Virus record (IMG/VR): IMGVR_UViG_3300011008_000020
Direction: 5' to 3' (one strand)
From: a virus
Taxonomy: Duplodnaviria; Heunggongvirae; Uroviricota; Caudoviricetes
Length of the DNA stretch: 64,000 nt
Part shown: positions 9,832-18,482 of the stretch, piece by piece
Layout: every line of letters starts with the position of its first letter
Numbering within the stretch: the stretch's first letter is position 1
Notes under the pieces: generated by a model
Databases searched by the model: none
Told to the model about the DNA's origin: nothing
Seen by the model: the letters and a program-made list of their open reading frames with translations, nothing else
Made by a program: the position numbers and the translations under genes

Positions 9832-11244
9832 TTATTGGTCTGCGTGCTTGCGCTTGTAGGTGACGGGCAGGCACAGCATGATCACGCAGTCGGCCTCGTC
9901 AGGCGAGGAGCCGATGCGCTTCTTGAAGTCGTCCTTGCTTTCGATCTTGATCTTGCTGGCCTCCGTCATTTCATAGCGTCTGGCCGAAAGCTGGGCGATC
10001 AGGTCGGCGTCGTCCGGGAGCACAAGCTCCACCGGCTTCTGCTGGCCCTTCTCGTCCACGCTCGCAATCATTTCCTTCAAGCAAGCATACATATAGGTTG
10101 TCGTGTCGTGGTAGTAGATGTGGCGGATTCGCTGGCCGAACATGATCGGCTTGACCACCAGCCAGCTAAAGCGGCTGGGGCTGCGCTCCTTGATCTGGCG
10201 CAGGCGGTCAGTGACGCCGCCGCCGACGCCGGAATCGTCGATGCGCACGATGATGGTTCCCTTGTACTTGTAGGTGCGAATCAACTCTATGCCAAGCTGG
10301 ATGATCTTGTCGGCGGTGCGCATCAGGTCGCGCCCGTTCACCTTGTCGTAGATCGTGACCTTCTCGTTGACCTTGTAGGCGATCACGGTCTTGTCGTCGC
10401 CAAAGCGGGCGACGTCGCATGCGATGTCGATCTTTACGGGCTTCGTCAGCGTCCAGTCTGAATGGATGGAGCGGTCGAGCGCCGTCATCGGGAGGAACAC
10501 GTCGTCATCCTGTAACGGGAACTCGCCGTCCACGCGGACGCGGATGAAGTTGGAATCCCTGCCGTACTTGCGCTCCATCGCCGCGATCATGTTCTTGTTG
10601 GTGCGTGGGCAATCGCGGCTTGAAATCCTGTGGGCGCGGTACAGGGCAAGGTCGGCGGTGTGGCTGTCGTAGAACGTGCCGGAGTTCTGGGTGGGGTTGC
10701 CGCACATGAGCAGCTTGTTGTTCTCGCCGGACAGGGTGCCGAGTATGGCCTCCATGATCGGCTCCGAGACACCGGAGGCCTCGTCCACGATGAACAGCAT
10801 GTTGTCCTCATGGAAGCCCTGCATGTTCTCTGGTTTGGTGGCCGTCCTTGCGACGGCGAACCAGCGCTTCTCGTAGCCCACCATGAAGACGTAGGTCTTT
10901 GTCCACTTGAGGATGGTGGAGAGCAGCGGCGACCGGCTGCGCCACTTCTCGATCTCTGACCACAGCACGTCGTGAAGCTGCTGGCGCGTCGGGGCCGTGG
11001 CGACCACGCGGGCGAATGGCCGGGTGGTCATAAACCAAAGGGCGATGACGGCTTCCAGCGCCGTCTTGCCGACGCCTTGGCCGGAGCGCACCGTCACGCG
11101 GGAGGCGTTCGCCACATCCATCATCACGGCGGCTTGCTTCTCGTCCGGGTTGAACTTGCAGATGTCCCGCGCAAAGGCCACGGGGTCATAGACATATTTC
11201 CGAATCAGGTCGGTAAAGGCAGCACGCCGGGCCGCTTCGGTCAT
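9832..11244 (-). CDS. terL: terminase large subunit
   Basis: Walker A SGQGVGKT; 470 aa; follows TerS with 4-bp overlap. Confidence 0.9.
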   Translation of the reverse strand: MTEAARRAAFTDLIRKYVYDPVAFARDICKFNPDEKQAAVMMDVANASRVTVRSGQGVGKTALEAVIALWFMTTRPFARVVATAPTRQQLHDVLWSEIEKWRSRSPLLSTILKWTKTYVFMVGYEKRWFAVARTATKPENMQGFHEDNMLFIVDEASGVSEPIMEAILGTLSGENNKLLMCGNPTQNSGTFYDSHTADLALYRAHRISSRDCPRTNKNMIAAMERKYGRDSNFIRVRVDGEFPLQDDDVFLPMTALDRSIHSDWTLTKPVKIDIACDVARFGDDKTVIAYKVNEKVTIYDKVNGRDLMRTADKIIQLGIELIRTYKYKGTIIVRIDDSGVGGGVTDRLRQIKERSPSRFSWLVVKPIMFGQRIRHIYYHDTTTYMYACLKEMIASVDEKGQQKPVELVLPDDADLIAQLSARRYEMTEASKIKIESKDDFKKRIGSSPDEADCVIMLCLPVTYKRKHADQ

Positions 11245-12107
11245 TCGGCGTCACCGCCGTCCTGCTGGTTCTCGGCGTAGAGGGAGAGCAGGGCTTCCAC
11301 CCAGTCGTTTGCCAGCTTCGATTGCTCGCTCTCGCCCTGCGCCCGGATGCGCTCAATCTCAAGGCGCTCCCGGTTGACACGCATGGCGTCAAGCTGCGTG
11401 AGGATTTTGACCTTCTGGGCCTGCACCTTCGACAGCTCGGCTTCGAGCCGATTCAAGGCGTCTTCGACGGACGTGGTGTTCGTGGTGGTCTCGTCCAGCC
11501 ACTCGCCGTCATACATGCCGGTGCCCGCTTCCTTCTCGTAGCCATGCTCCACGTCGCCGCGCCAGAGGCCCATCCGCTTCTCGCTCTTGAGTTTGGAGAC
11601 GGAGGAAAGCACCTGCCCCTTCTGTTTCTCGCCGGTGGCGATGATCTCCGCCCGGCGCTTCATCAGGCGTAGCTCGCGGGCCTTGAGGAAGGCCAGAGTT
11701 TTCAGCAGTTCCTCCTCAATGCCGTCGATGGCCGTCTCTTTGGCGACAGCCTGCTCATGCTCGTCCATGTACTCAAAGGCGAAGCGTTCAAAGGCTCCGT
11801 GCTTGAGACCGTTCTTGTTGCCCTTTGGTGCGCCGGTGCCGCCCTTGTTGCCCTTCGGCGCTCCGTGGCCCTTTGCGTTCTGGTTGCCCTTGCGGGCCTG
11901 CGAGGAGGGCTTGCGCACCCGGCGCTTGCCGGAGGCCTTGCGCTTTTCATCCAGCGCTGCATCCCAGTCGTCCCTCGACTTCCATCCGCGCACGGTGCTG
12001 GCCTTCTGGTTGAGCTGCTGGGCGATCTCGTTGACGGACTTCTTGCCATCAGATTCAAGCCACATATCCATCGCCTGATCTCGTTCCGGCTGTCGCGTCA
12101 TTCCCAT
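11241..12107 (-). CDS. terS: terminase small subunit
   Basis: GNQNAKGHG/GNKNGLKHG repeats typical of Firmicutes phage TerS; N-terminal HTH-like. Confidence 0.8.
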   Translation of the reverse strand: MGMTRQPERDQAMDMWLESDGKKSVNEIAQQLNQKASTVRGWKSRDDWDAALDEKRKASGKRRVRKPSSQARKGNQNAKGHGAPKGNKGGTGAPKGNKNGLKHGAFERFAFEYMDEHEQAVAKETAIDGIEEELLKTLAFLKARELRLMKRRAEIIATGEKQKGQVLSSVSKLKSEKRMGLWRGDVEHGYEKEAGTGMYDGEWLDETTTNTTSVEDALNRLEAELSKVQAQKVKILTQLDAMRVNRERLEIERIRAQGESEQSKLANDWVEALLSLYAENQQDGGDAE

Positions 12108-12159
12108 TTATCTCACCCCATTCGCTCTCCTTCGGCGTTTGTTTGTGTCAAATGAAATT

Positions 12160-12197
12160 TCGGCAGAAAAATAGAATCCTGCGCCGGGGCAGGATTC
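12160..12197 (-). terminator. rho-independent terminator upstream of terS
   Basis: 9-bp stem GAATCCTGC/GCAGGATTC followed on the minus strand by TATTTTTCTG. Confidence 0.6.
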
Positions 12198-12239
12198 TTT
12201 CATTCTGCGGTGGAATATTGTTAAGAAATTGCGCTGTAA

Positions 12240-12434
12240 TCAGCGCAGATAGGCGGTCAAGGAAAACTTCTGCGCCCGGACGCCGTACTTCTTCGCCAGC
12301 TCCTTCGCCTTGGCCTCGAAAGCTGCCTTGAAGGGATCGATGCGCTTTTTCGCTTCCTCGCGGGAGATCATGCCCTTGCGGTACTCGGCCCGCGCCTGCT
12401 CGGCCTGCATCCTCAGTTCGTCATTGATGGTCAT
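12240..12434 (-). CDS. hypothetical protein (64 aa)
   Basis: ORF with AGAAGGAGGG RBS. Confidence 0.5.
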   Translation of the reverse strand: MTINDELRMQAEQARAEYRKGMISREEAKKRIDPFKAAFEAKAKELAKKYGVRAQKFSLTAYLR

Positions 12435-12540
12435 TGTGGTGCCCTCCTTCTTGTGTTAAGACAATATTAAGGGAACACCCGCGAATTGTCCAGTCCCTTT
12501 TGCGAAGTTTTTTCGAGGTTTTGCAGGGGTGTTGCAAGGT

Positions 12541-13914
12541 TTATTTCGCCTCGCCGTCTTGGAACATGTTGAGGACTTCCTCGGACAGTTCGTAGCGTTC
12601 CATGTTGGACATCGCCTTCTTGGCGTCGCCCTTGAGGAACACAAGGACGTGCTGGTGGCACGTGACGACTTTCCTACCGCCGTCAAACTGCCGGGCCGCA
12701 CGCAGGGCGGCGGTCGCCACCGCGTTCAGCAGCACCATGTTGTTGTACCAGTGAAGCCCGGCGTCCTCGAACGCCTTGATGGTGTCCCCGACGAAGTTGC
12801 GGTAGTTGCCCTCCTTGTCGCGTACCTCGCCGACGACGATGGCGGCGAAGGCGTTGGGCTTGAGCATGTCCACGGAGCGGCGGATAATCTCGCGGTAGGT
12901 ACGCACGAAGTTGGCGTAGTCCATGTTGGAGATGTCACGCGGGTCGTCGGAATACTTTTCGAGGTCGGCGTAGGGCGGACAGGTCATCAGCATGTCGAAG
13001 CCGCGCTCCTTGATGATCTTGTCGATCTCGGCGCTGTCGCCCACCGTCCACACCGGCGCGTCCATCGCCTCGCCATAGAAGTTCCGCTGGCCGTCCAGCA
13101 GCTTCCAGTTTTCCTCGTTGGCGTCGATCTGCTCCTGACGCAGGTCGTTTCCGAAGTAGCGCCTGCCGAGCATGGCGGTGACGATGCCGCGCACGCTGCC
13201 GCCTGCGAACGGGTCGATCACCTTGCCGCCCTTGGGCGAGAACCATGCGACGAGGATTTCCGCCAGCACTGGGTCGAAGATGCTCGTGCCGGTGAGCGTG
13301 GTGTTCTTAGTGGAGTTCTTGGCGAGCGCGTTCAGGCCGTTGCCGAGCAGACCTTCCTCGCGGCCTTCGCCGGATTTCAGGATGGTGTGCCACGTGGCCT
13401 TGCTGGATTGCCATTTTCCGTTGCGTGCGTCCAGCACAGAGAAGGGCGGGTAGATGTAGCGCTCATAGAGGTCTTCGGCGTTCTTGTGGGCTTCGTTGAA
13501 TTTCAGTTCCTCGTCCTCGCCGTTCAGAGCCTCGTCGATCTCGTCGAGGAAGTCCGTGTCGAAGTCGAAGTCTCCGAAGTCGAGGTCGGCCATCTCCTGC
13601 GCCAGCTTCTCAAAATCCCAAGAGGCCAGCTCGTTCGTCTTGTTGTCCGCGATGCGGTATTCGCGGTTCTCCTTCTCGGACAGCTCGCTCACCAGAACCG
13701 GCACCGTCTCAAGGCCGAGTTCCTTCGCGGCCTCGTACCGCGTGTGGCCTACCACGATCACGCCGTCCTTGTCCACGACAATCGGCTGCTTGAATCCGTA
13801 CTTGCGGATGCTGGTCGCAACGTCGCGGATGGCGCTCTGGTTGTGGCGCGGGTTGTTGGGGTAGGGCGTGATGGTGTCGATGGCCCTCATTTCGATCTTC
13901 GGATTCTGGCTCAC
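12541..13914 (-). CDS. ParB-like nuclease domain fused to DNA N4/N6 methyltransferase
   Basis: N-terminal ParB-N motif (VVGHTRYEAAKELG). Motif I DPFAGGSVRG and motif IV TCPPY. Confidence 0.8.
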   Translation of the reverse strand: MSQNPKIEMRAIDTITPYPNNPRHNQSAIRDVATSIRKYGFKQPIVVDKDGVIVVGHTRYEAAKELGLETVPVLVSELSEKENREYRIADNKTNELASWDFEKLAQEMADLDFGDFDFDTDFLDEIDEALNGEDEELKFNEAHKNAEDLYERYIYPPFSVLDARNGKWQSSKATWHTILKSGEGREEGLLGNGLNALAKNSTKNTTLTGTSIFDPVLAEILVAWFSPKGGKVIDPFAGGSVRGIVTAMLGRRYFGNDLRQEQIDANEENWKLLDGQRNFYGEAMDAPVWTVGDSAEIDKIIKERGFDMLMTCPPYADLEKYSDDPRDISNMDYANFVRTYREIIRRSVDMLKPNAFAAIVVGEVRDKEGNYRNFVGDTIKAFEDAGLHWYNNMVLLNAVATAALRAARQFDGGRKVVTCHQHVLVFLKGDAKKAMSNMERYELSEEVLNMFQDGEAK

Positions 13915-13991
13915 GGCAATTCCTCCTAAAGAAAAAGAGCCGACGCATTACGTCGGCTCTGGTCTCCGTCCGCAGCTTGGCGGGGGAGGCG

Positions 13992-14222
13992 TCAGGTCTC
14001 GTTCACGGCGATGCTCTTGTTCGCCCACATGACACATTCTTCCAGCTTGGTCATCGCCAGCGACTTCTCCCGGCTGTCCGGGCAGCACATGTCGATCAGG
14101 CTGGCGTATTCCTTCGCCCGGTCACGCAACGCCTTGTAGCGTGCGCTCTGGTCGCCCTTCGGCTCGTGGGCGTCGAACGTGGCGTCGTGTTGCTTTACTT
14201 CGTACATGGGAATCTCCTTCAT
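13992..14222 (-). CDS. hypothetical protein (76 aa)
   Basis: ORF downstream of promoter 14303-14332. Confidence 0.5.
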   Translation of the reverse strand: MKEIPMYEVKQHDATFDAHEPKGDQSARYKALRDRAKEYASLIDMCCPDSREKSLAMTKLEECVMWANKSIAVNET

Positions 14223-14302
14223 GGCATAAAAAATGCGCCGTCCGTTGGCGCGGGCGGCGCTGGTGGAGAGGAAGGGAATCAGACCTTCTATTTTCAGCGT
14301 AA

Positions 14303-14332
14303 ACTATAGCACATGAAATAGCGGCGTGTCAA
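14303..14332 (-). promoter_or_regulatory. sigma-A-type promoter (TTGACA-18-TATAGT)
   Basis: -35 lies inside palindrome GGCGTGTCAACGCC; TGGTGTCATT motif at 14353-14362. Confidence 0.5.
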
Positions 14333-14378
14333 CGCCCAAAAAGCGGCGCGATTGGTGTCATTAAAAATCTGCGTTCTG

Positions 14379-14681
14379 TCACTTGATCACGATGGCCGCG
14401 TAGCGCGGGTAATCGTAGCCCTCGGATTCGATGGCGATCTTGCGCGGGTCGTGGTCGTTGCTTACGATGATGCAGCACATGTCCCCGTCCTCCACGCCGG
14501 TGAGGTAGCTGAACTGGGTGATGTAGTCGCGGCAGGAAACCATGTCTTCCAACAGGTTCTTCCATGCCACAGCATCCAGCTTCACGTCCGCCACCGGGAT
14601 GATCGGCGAGGCCTCGCCCTTGCCGATGGCCTTGACCAGATTCTCCAAGCTGTCCGGCTTCCTCACGAAATATCCCCTCAT
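14379..14681 (-). CDS. hypothetical protein (100 aa)
   Basis: ORF. Confidence 0.5.
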   Translation of the reverse strand: MRGYFVRKPDSLENLVKAIGKGEASPIIPVADVKLDAVAWKNLLEDMVSCRDYITQFSYLTGVEDGDMCCIIVSNDHDPRKIAIESEGYDYPRYAAIVIK

Positions 14682-14870
14682 GGTTCTCTCCTTTCCGGCT
14701 CTACGATGTAACCTGCCTGCCGCTCATTCTCGGCCTCGATCTCTGTGAGGTACTGCGTCGTCCACGTCTCGCCGCCATCGGCGCTGATGTTGTACCAACT
14801 ATAGCCTATCATGCTATCCTCCTCATTCCATGTGTCCTTTCTGCCCTCGTGACCTCCGGGTGGGTGTGTG

Positions 14871-15245
14871 TTATGCTGCTTTACTCTCTTTATAGATCGC
14901 TCTGGCAACCTTCCTGTTGATGTAGAACCAATCTGTCTTGGCACGCGCCCTCGCGTTCCAGTTGGAGTATTCCTTGTAGGAAAGGAACCCCTCGTTCTTG
15001 AGCTCCCAGATGACCTCCTTGGGGTAGCCCTGCCGTACCCAGCCAGGAAGCCAGCGCCCGCCGAAGAAATAGTCGATGTATACCTTGAAGGAATCGAACG
15101 TGTCCTCGTGCCTGATCTCGCCCTTGAGATAGCCGTACTTCCTGCCGTACTCATCATCCGGCATCTCGTTTTCGTCCCGCAACCACTCGTGAAATCCTTC
15201 AATGAACTCCTGCTTGATCTTCTCCCGCGCTTCGTTTGCAGTCAT
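14871..15245 (-). CDS. hypothetical protein (124 aa)
   Basis: Normal-composition ORF; the overlapping S/T/R-rich ORF 14678-15202 was rejected. Confidence 0.5.
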   Translation of the reverse strand: MTANEAREKIKQEFIEGFHEWLRDENEMPDDEYGRKYGYLKGEIRHEDTFDSFKVYIDYFFGGRWLPGWVRQGYPKEVIWELKNEGFLSYKEYSNWNARARAKTDWFYINRKVARAIYKESKAA

Positions 15246-15260
15246 CGCTTCTCCCTCCTG

Positions 15261-15635
15261 TCAGCCCTTGAGGTTGTAGTACTTGCTCGTGCCCGCCAGC
15301 ACTTCCCGGAGCGTCCTCTTGATGTAGGGGTCCTCATATCCGGCCACGGCCCACTCGGTGAAGGGCACCCGGCCAACCGTTCCGTTGATGTCCCAGCCGG
15401 TGCGGTAGCCGCCGCGCTTCTCGATGATGACTTCCATTCCGCTGCGCTTGTAGGTGACGCCCGTGATCTTTGTCCCGACCGGGAGGCTCTCCAGGAGCTT
15501 CCCGTCATCCTTCATGGCGTCCTCGACGCTGATCTTCATGGATTCATCCGCGATCATCCAGGCGAGATCGTCCACGCTCATGCTCTCGGTGTAGTCGATG
15601 CCATCGGCCTCCGCGATGGTGTAGGTCTGCTTCAT
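15261..15635 (-). CDS. hypothetical protein
   Basis: RBS GGAGAGGAG then MKQTYTIAEADG. Confidence 0.5.
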   Translation of the reverse strand: MKQTYTIAEADGIDYTESMSVDDLAWMIADESMKISVEDAMKDDGKLLESLPVGTKITGVTYKRSGMEVIIEKRGGYRTGWDINGTVGRVPFTEWAVAGYEDPYIKRTLREVLAGTSKYYNLKG

Positions 15636-15665
15636 GGTGGTGTGCTCCTCTCCTGTCGTTGTACC

Positions 15666-15694
15666 TATAATAGCATATTTATTACATTTTGTCA
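15666..15694 (-). promoter_or_regulatory. sigma-A-type promoter (TTGACA-17-TATTAT)
   Basis: Read directly from the minus strand; context GGTATTGACAAAA is shared with the cro promoter. Confidence 0.5.
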
Positions 15695-15733
15695 ATACCT
15701 AAAATGCAAAAAAACAAGAAAAATAAAATGGCC

Positions 15734-16048
15734 TCAGGTGGACGCCGCCCACATGATCGCGTGCCCGCCGTCGGTGAATGTGTCGAGGCTCATGCCGATC
15801 AGGTTCAGCCTGCATTCGCACTCGTCGCAGTCGGCCTCCTCCGGCGTCTCAAGGAATTCATAGACGCCAGCCATGAACCCGCCCCACACGCGGTCGGTAA
15901 CCAGCACATGGTCGCCGTATTTCAGAACCGCGCCCTCTGTGGCGTTGACGCGCCCGGCCAACTTCTCCATTGTGGTCATGTTCGGAAGGATGAACTTGTT
16001 CCGGGTGTTGACGGTGTACTCCTCATGCTTAACGATGATCTCGCTCAT
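15734..16048 (-). CDS. hypothetical protein
   Basis: RBS AAGGAGG then MSEIIVKHEE. Confidence 0.5.
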   Translation of the reverse strand: MSEIIVKHEEYTVNTRNKFILPNMTTMEKLAGRVNATEGAVLKYGDHVLVTDRVWGGFMAGVYEFLETPEEADCDECECRLNLIGMSLDTFTDGGHAIMWAAST

Positions 16049-16061
16049 GGATATGTCCTCC

Positions 16062-16286
16062 TTATCGAATCGCAAAGTTCCGTTTGGTGACGCCGCGCAG
16101 CTTCTCGCGCGCCTCTTTGATCTGGGCGCTGGTCGCGCCAGCGGCCTTCATATCCTCATACAGCCCGGTCTTGCTGATGTAGCCTCGCAGAATCTCGCAC
16201 TTGCCGTCGCGGTCGAAGCTTGCGCTGAATACCAGATTGCCGCAGCGGTCGATCTTGCCGTGGGCCTGCGTCTCGAACCTGAACAT
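16062..16286 (-). CDS. hypothetical protein
   Basis: RBS GAGGAGG then MFRFETQ. Confidence 0.5.
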   Translation of the reverse strand: MFRFETQAHGKIDRCGNLVFSASFDRDGKCEILRGYISKTGLYEDMKAAGATSAQIKEAREKLRGVTKRNFAIR

Positions 16287-16299
16287 GGTCGTTTCCTCC

Positions 16300-16512
16300 T
16301 CACGCCTTGAAGATCGGCTCGTTGCCGTGGTTCTCGTAGATGCCGTCACTGTCCCAAGTGTACTCGTTGCCGGTCATCATGGTTGCCGCTGCCAGCTTGC
16401 CCTTGATGAAGCCTCGAATCTCGCCGAGGATGCTTTCGCTGGTCTTGCACTCGATGGCGGTTTTCAGGAATCTGATGTCCTTTGCCGCAGATTTCAAAAT
16501 CTTGCTCGTCAT
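16300..16512 (-). CDS. hypothetical protein
   Basis: RBS CAGGAGGG then MTSKILK. Confidence 0.5.
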   Translation of the reverse strand: MTSKILKSAAKDIRFLKTAIECKTSESILGEIRGFIKGKLAAATMMTGNEYTWDSDGIYENHGNEPIFKA

Positions 16513-16532
16513 TGCCTTACCCTCCTGTGTCC

Positions 16533-16688
16533 TCAGCGGCTCATGCGTTCGAGGATTTCGCCCTTCACGATTGCGATGTCCTCGTCCAGCTTTCCAAACC
16601 TGTTCTCGGCCCTGAACGTGATCAACTGTTCGAGGAGTTCCTCGTTGCTGGCGTTCTTCGTCCATTCGATCTTCTGCTGCTTGGTCAT
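16533..16688 (-). CDS. small hypothetical protein (51 aa; absent from ORF track)
   Basis: RBS GGAGGG then MTKQQKIEWTKN. Confidence 0.4.
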   Translation of the reverse strand: MTKQQKIEWTKNASNEELLEQLITFRAENRFGKLDEDIAIVKGEILERMSR

Positions 16689-16704
16689 GGTCTTGCCCTC
16701 CATC

Positions 16705-16863
16705 TTACTTCCAAAGGTTCCACTTGACGGTGTACTGGGTCTGTCCGAAGCCGTCCTTGCCGCCCCAAATGCGGATGTCCTCCGCGCCGTTGGCCTTGAG
16801 CTGCTCGGCGAACTTATTGGCGCGAGCCTCGGAGAAGAAGGTCTTGCTGTAGTTGGTGGTCAT
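16705..16863 (-). CDS. hypothetical protein
   Basis: RBS GAGGAGG then MTTNYSKTFF. Confidence 0.5.
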   Translation of the reverse strand: MTTNYSKTFFSEARANKFAEQLKANGAEDIRIWGGKDGFGQTQYTVKWNLWK

Positions 16864-16906
16864 GGCGTTTGCCTCCTCATTCGTCGTTGTCCCTTGCTGT
16901 GCTGCT

Positions 16907-16935
16907 ATATTAAGGAATGTAGTTGCTTTTTGCAA
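16907..16935 (-). promoter_or_regulatory. sigma-A-type promoter (TTGCAA-17-TAATAT) with AACTACATT operator-like motif
   Basis: Spacer contains GCAACTACATTCC, similar to the CAAATGTAG repeats of the cro/cI region. Confidence 0.45.
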
Positions 16936-16967
16936 GGGTTTAGAATGTAATCTTTTTATAATCAGGT

Positions 16968-17012
16968 CGAAATAAAAAGAAAACGCCCCGTCGCCGGGAC
17001 GTTCTCGCCATT
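16968..17012 (-). terminator. rho-independent terminator after HU gene
   Basis: Stem AACGTCCCG/CGGGGCGTT (1 mismatch) followed by TTTTCTTTTTATTT on the minus strand. Confidence 0.6.
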
Positions 17013-17031
17013 TCTTTCCGTTTGCAGGAAG

Positions 17032-17304
17032 TTACAGCAGCGAATCCTTGAGGCCCTTGCCCGCCTTGAAGTGCGGCACCTTGTGGGAAGCCACATGCAC
17101 GGTCTCGCCAGTCTGCGGGTTCTTGCAATCCCGCGCCTCGCGCTGCTTCGCCTCGAAGGTTCCGAAGCCGGTCAGCGTCAGCTTGTCGCCGTTGCGCATG
17201 ACCGCGCCCACCTCGGTGCAGAAGGCGTGGAGCGCCATCTGAGCCTGCTTCTTGGTGATTCCTGCCGCACCTGCCATCTTGGTTACGAGTTCTTCCTTCT
17301 TCAT
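17032..17304 (-). CDS. hup: HU-family DNA-binding protein
   Basis: 90 aa; MKKEELV...GFGTFEAKQREAR...NPQTGE matches the HU/IHF signature. Confidence 0.85.
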   Translation of the reverse strand: MKKEELVTKMAGAAGITKKQAQMALHAFCTEVGAVMRNGDKLTLTGFGTFEAKQREARDCKNPQTGETVHVASHKVPHFKAGKGLKDSLL

Positions 17305-17306
17305 GT

Positions 17307-17957
17307 TCAGTTACCTCCTGTCAAGTCTTTTATTGCATCAATGCCGAAGATCAGTGCGGTGATGCTTTCGATGGCCGCATCAAGGTCTTTTTCGGCAGTG
17401 CGCTTATGTATGTGCTCCCGGTCAGCGATGTCCGACATGGAGACTTGAGGTTCGTCGAGGTATCGAGCCTTCATAACCCGGTACTGGCGCTTGATGCTTT
17501 CCATCGGTGAGCGGTCGCAGAAGGCCGCGTAGATTTCCAGCATACGGTCGAGGTGTTGCAGAATGATCATGGTGCGGGTTGCGCTCTTGCAGATGGATTC
17601 GATGTAGATTTCGTCGGACGGCGCAGAGTTGTTCAGTAGCTTCCAGATGTCGCCGGGCTTCAATTCGTCGATGGCCCGCTCCTCGTCCAGCGTGAAGATC
17701 GCGTTGGTGAAGTGCTCCTTCAACATGCGGTAGTTCTTGAGAAGCAGCCGCGTGTTGTGGAGGCGCTTGTCTATGTTCTTGGCGCTCTCGCGCTTCCTGA
17801 TCGCCGTCTGTTCCTTCTTGAGGGCTTCCGCGCCTTTCCGGGCCGCGTCGCGCACGATGGAACCTTGATCGCCAGCCAAAACGGCGTATGCTGCCTGCGC
17901 CCCTGTGTTGGCGGCAAGCTGTATGAGCTGTTCAAGCTGCTGCATCGACAATTCCAT
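17307..17957 (-). CDS. sigma-70 region-4-like / ArpU-RinA-like transcriptional regulator (putative late activator)
   Basis: C-terminal SMSDIADREHIHKRTAEKDLDAAIESI is HTH/sigma region-4-like; position upstream of the late region. Confidence 0.5.
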   Translation of the reverse strand: MELSMQQLEQLIQLAANTGAQAAYAVLAGDQGSIVRDAARKGAEALKKEQTAIRKRESAKNIDKRLHNTRLLLKNYRMLKEHFTNAIFTLDEERAIDELKPGDIWKLLNNSAPSDEIYIESICKSATRTMIILQHLDRMLEIYAAFCDRSPMESIKRQYRVMKARYLDEPQVSMSDIADREHIHKRTAEKDLDAAIESITALIFGIDAIKDLTGGN

Positions 17958-17963
17958 CCTGTA

Positions 17964-18482
17964 TCACATCCCTTCGAGGAACAATATTCGACTTCCAGTG
18001 AACGGAACCCTGCCTATGATCTCGGCCTCGCTGCACTTGATGTACTTCCTGCCGTACCGCTCCTTCATTTCCCGCCAGACTTCCCACGGGATGACGCAAA
18101 AGCTGTCGAGGGAGAAGCTGACGAGGATGAAGCACTTGGCTCCGAGTTTGAAGTGCTGGTCGAATCGCTTGGCCTGCTGTTCCGTGACGGCGCTCTGCTC
18201 GATCTTCCCGGCGTCGGTGAACTTCGATTCAAAGATGACCGCCTGACCTCCGGCGAGCGTTCCCTTGAAATCCGGCTGGGCCTTCTTCTCGAACACGCAG
18301 ATGAAGTGCGCCCCGTCGTTCAGCTTCCGCACGACGCGCATGGGTTCCGGCGTCTTCTCGATCTGGGCCTTGCCTTCCTCCTCATACCAGCGGCAGCTCG
18401 TCTCGATGATCTGCTCAAGGAGCCGTCCGCGCTCCTTGTTCATGCGACCTGTGACCTGATGCCTGTAACGGTCTCCCGGCAT
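17964..18482 (-). CDS. RecU-like Holliday junction resolvase
   Basis: DFKGTLAGGQAVIFESKF...ILVSF pattern resembles the RecU family. Confidence 0.55.
   Translation of the reverse strand: MPGDRYRHQVTGRMNKERGRLLEQIIETSCRWYEEEGKAQIEKTPEPMRVVRKLNDGAHFICVFEKKAQPDFKGTLAGGQAVIFESKFTDAGKIEQSAVTEQQAKRFDQHFKLGAKCFILVSFSLDSFCVIPWEVWREMKERYGRKYIKCSEAEIIGRVPFTGSRILFLEGM

Noticed and set aside
14678-15202. 174-aa minus-strand ORF rich in S/T/R/G
   Set aside because: Low-complexity composition. It is out of frame with the convincing 14871-15245 ORF. Only its last ~44 codons (14678-14812, starting MIGYSWYN after a GAGGAGG RBS) might be a real small gene.
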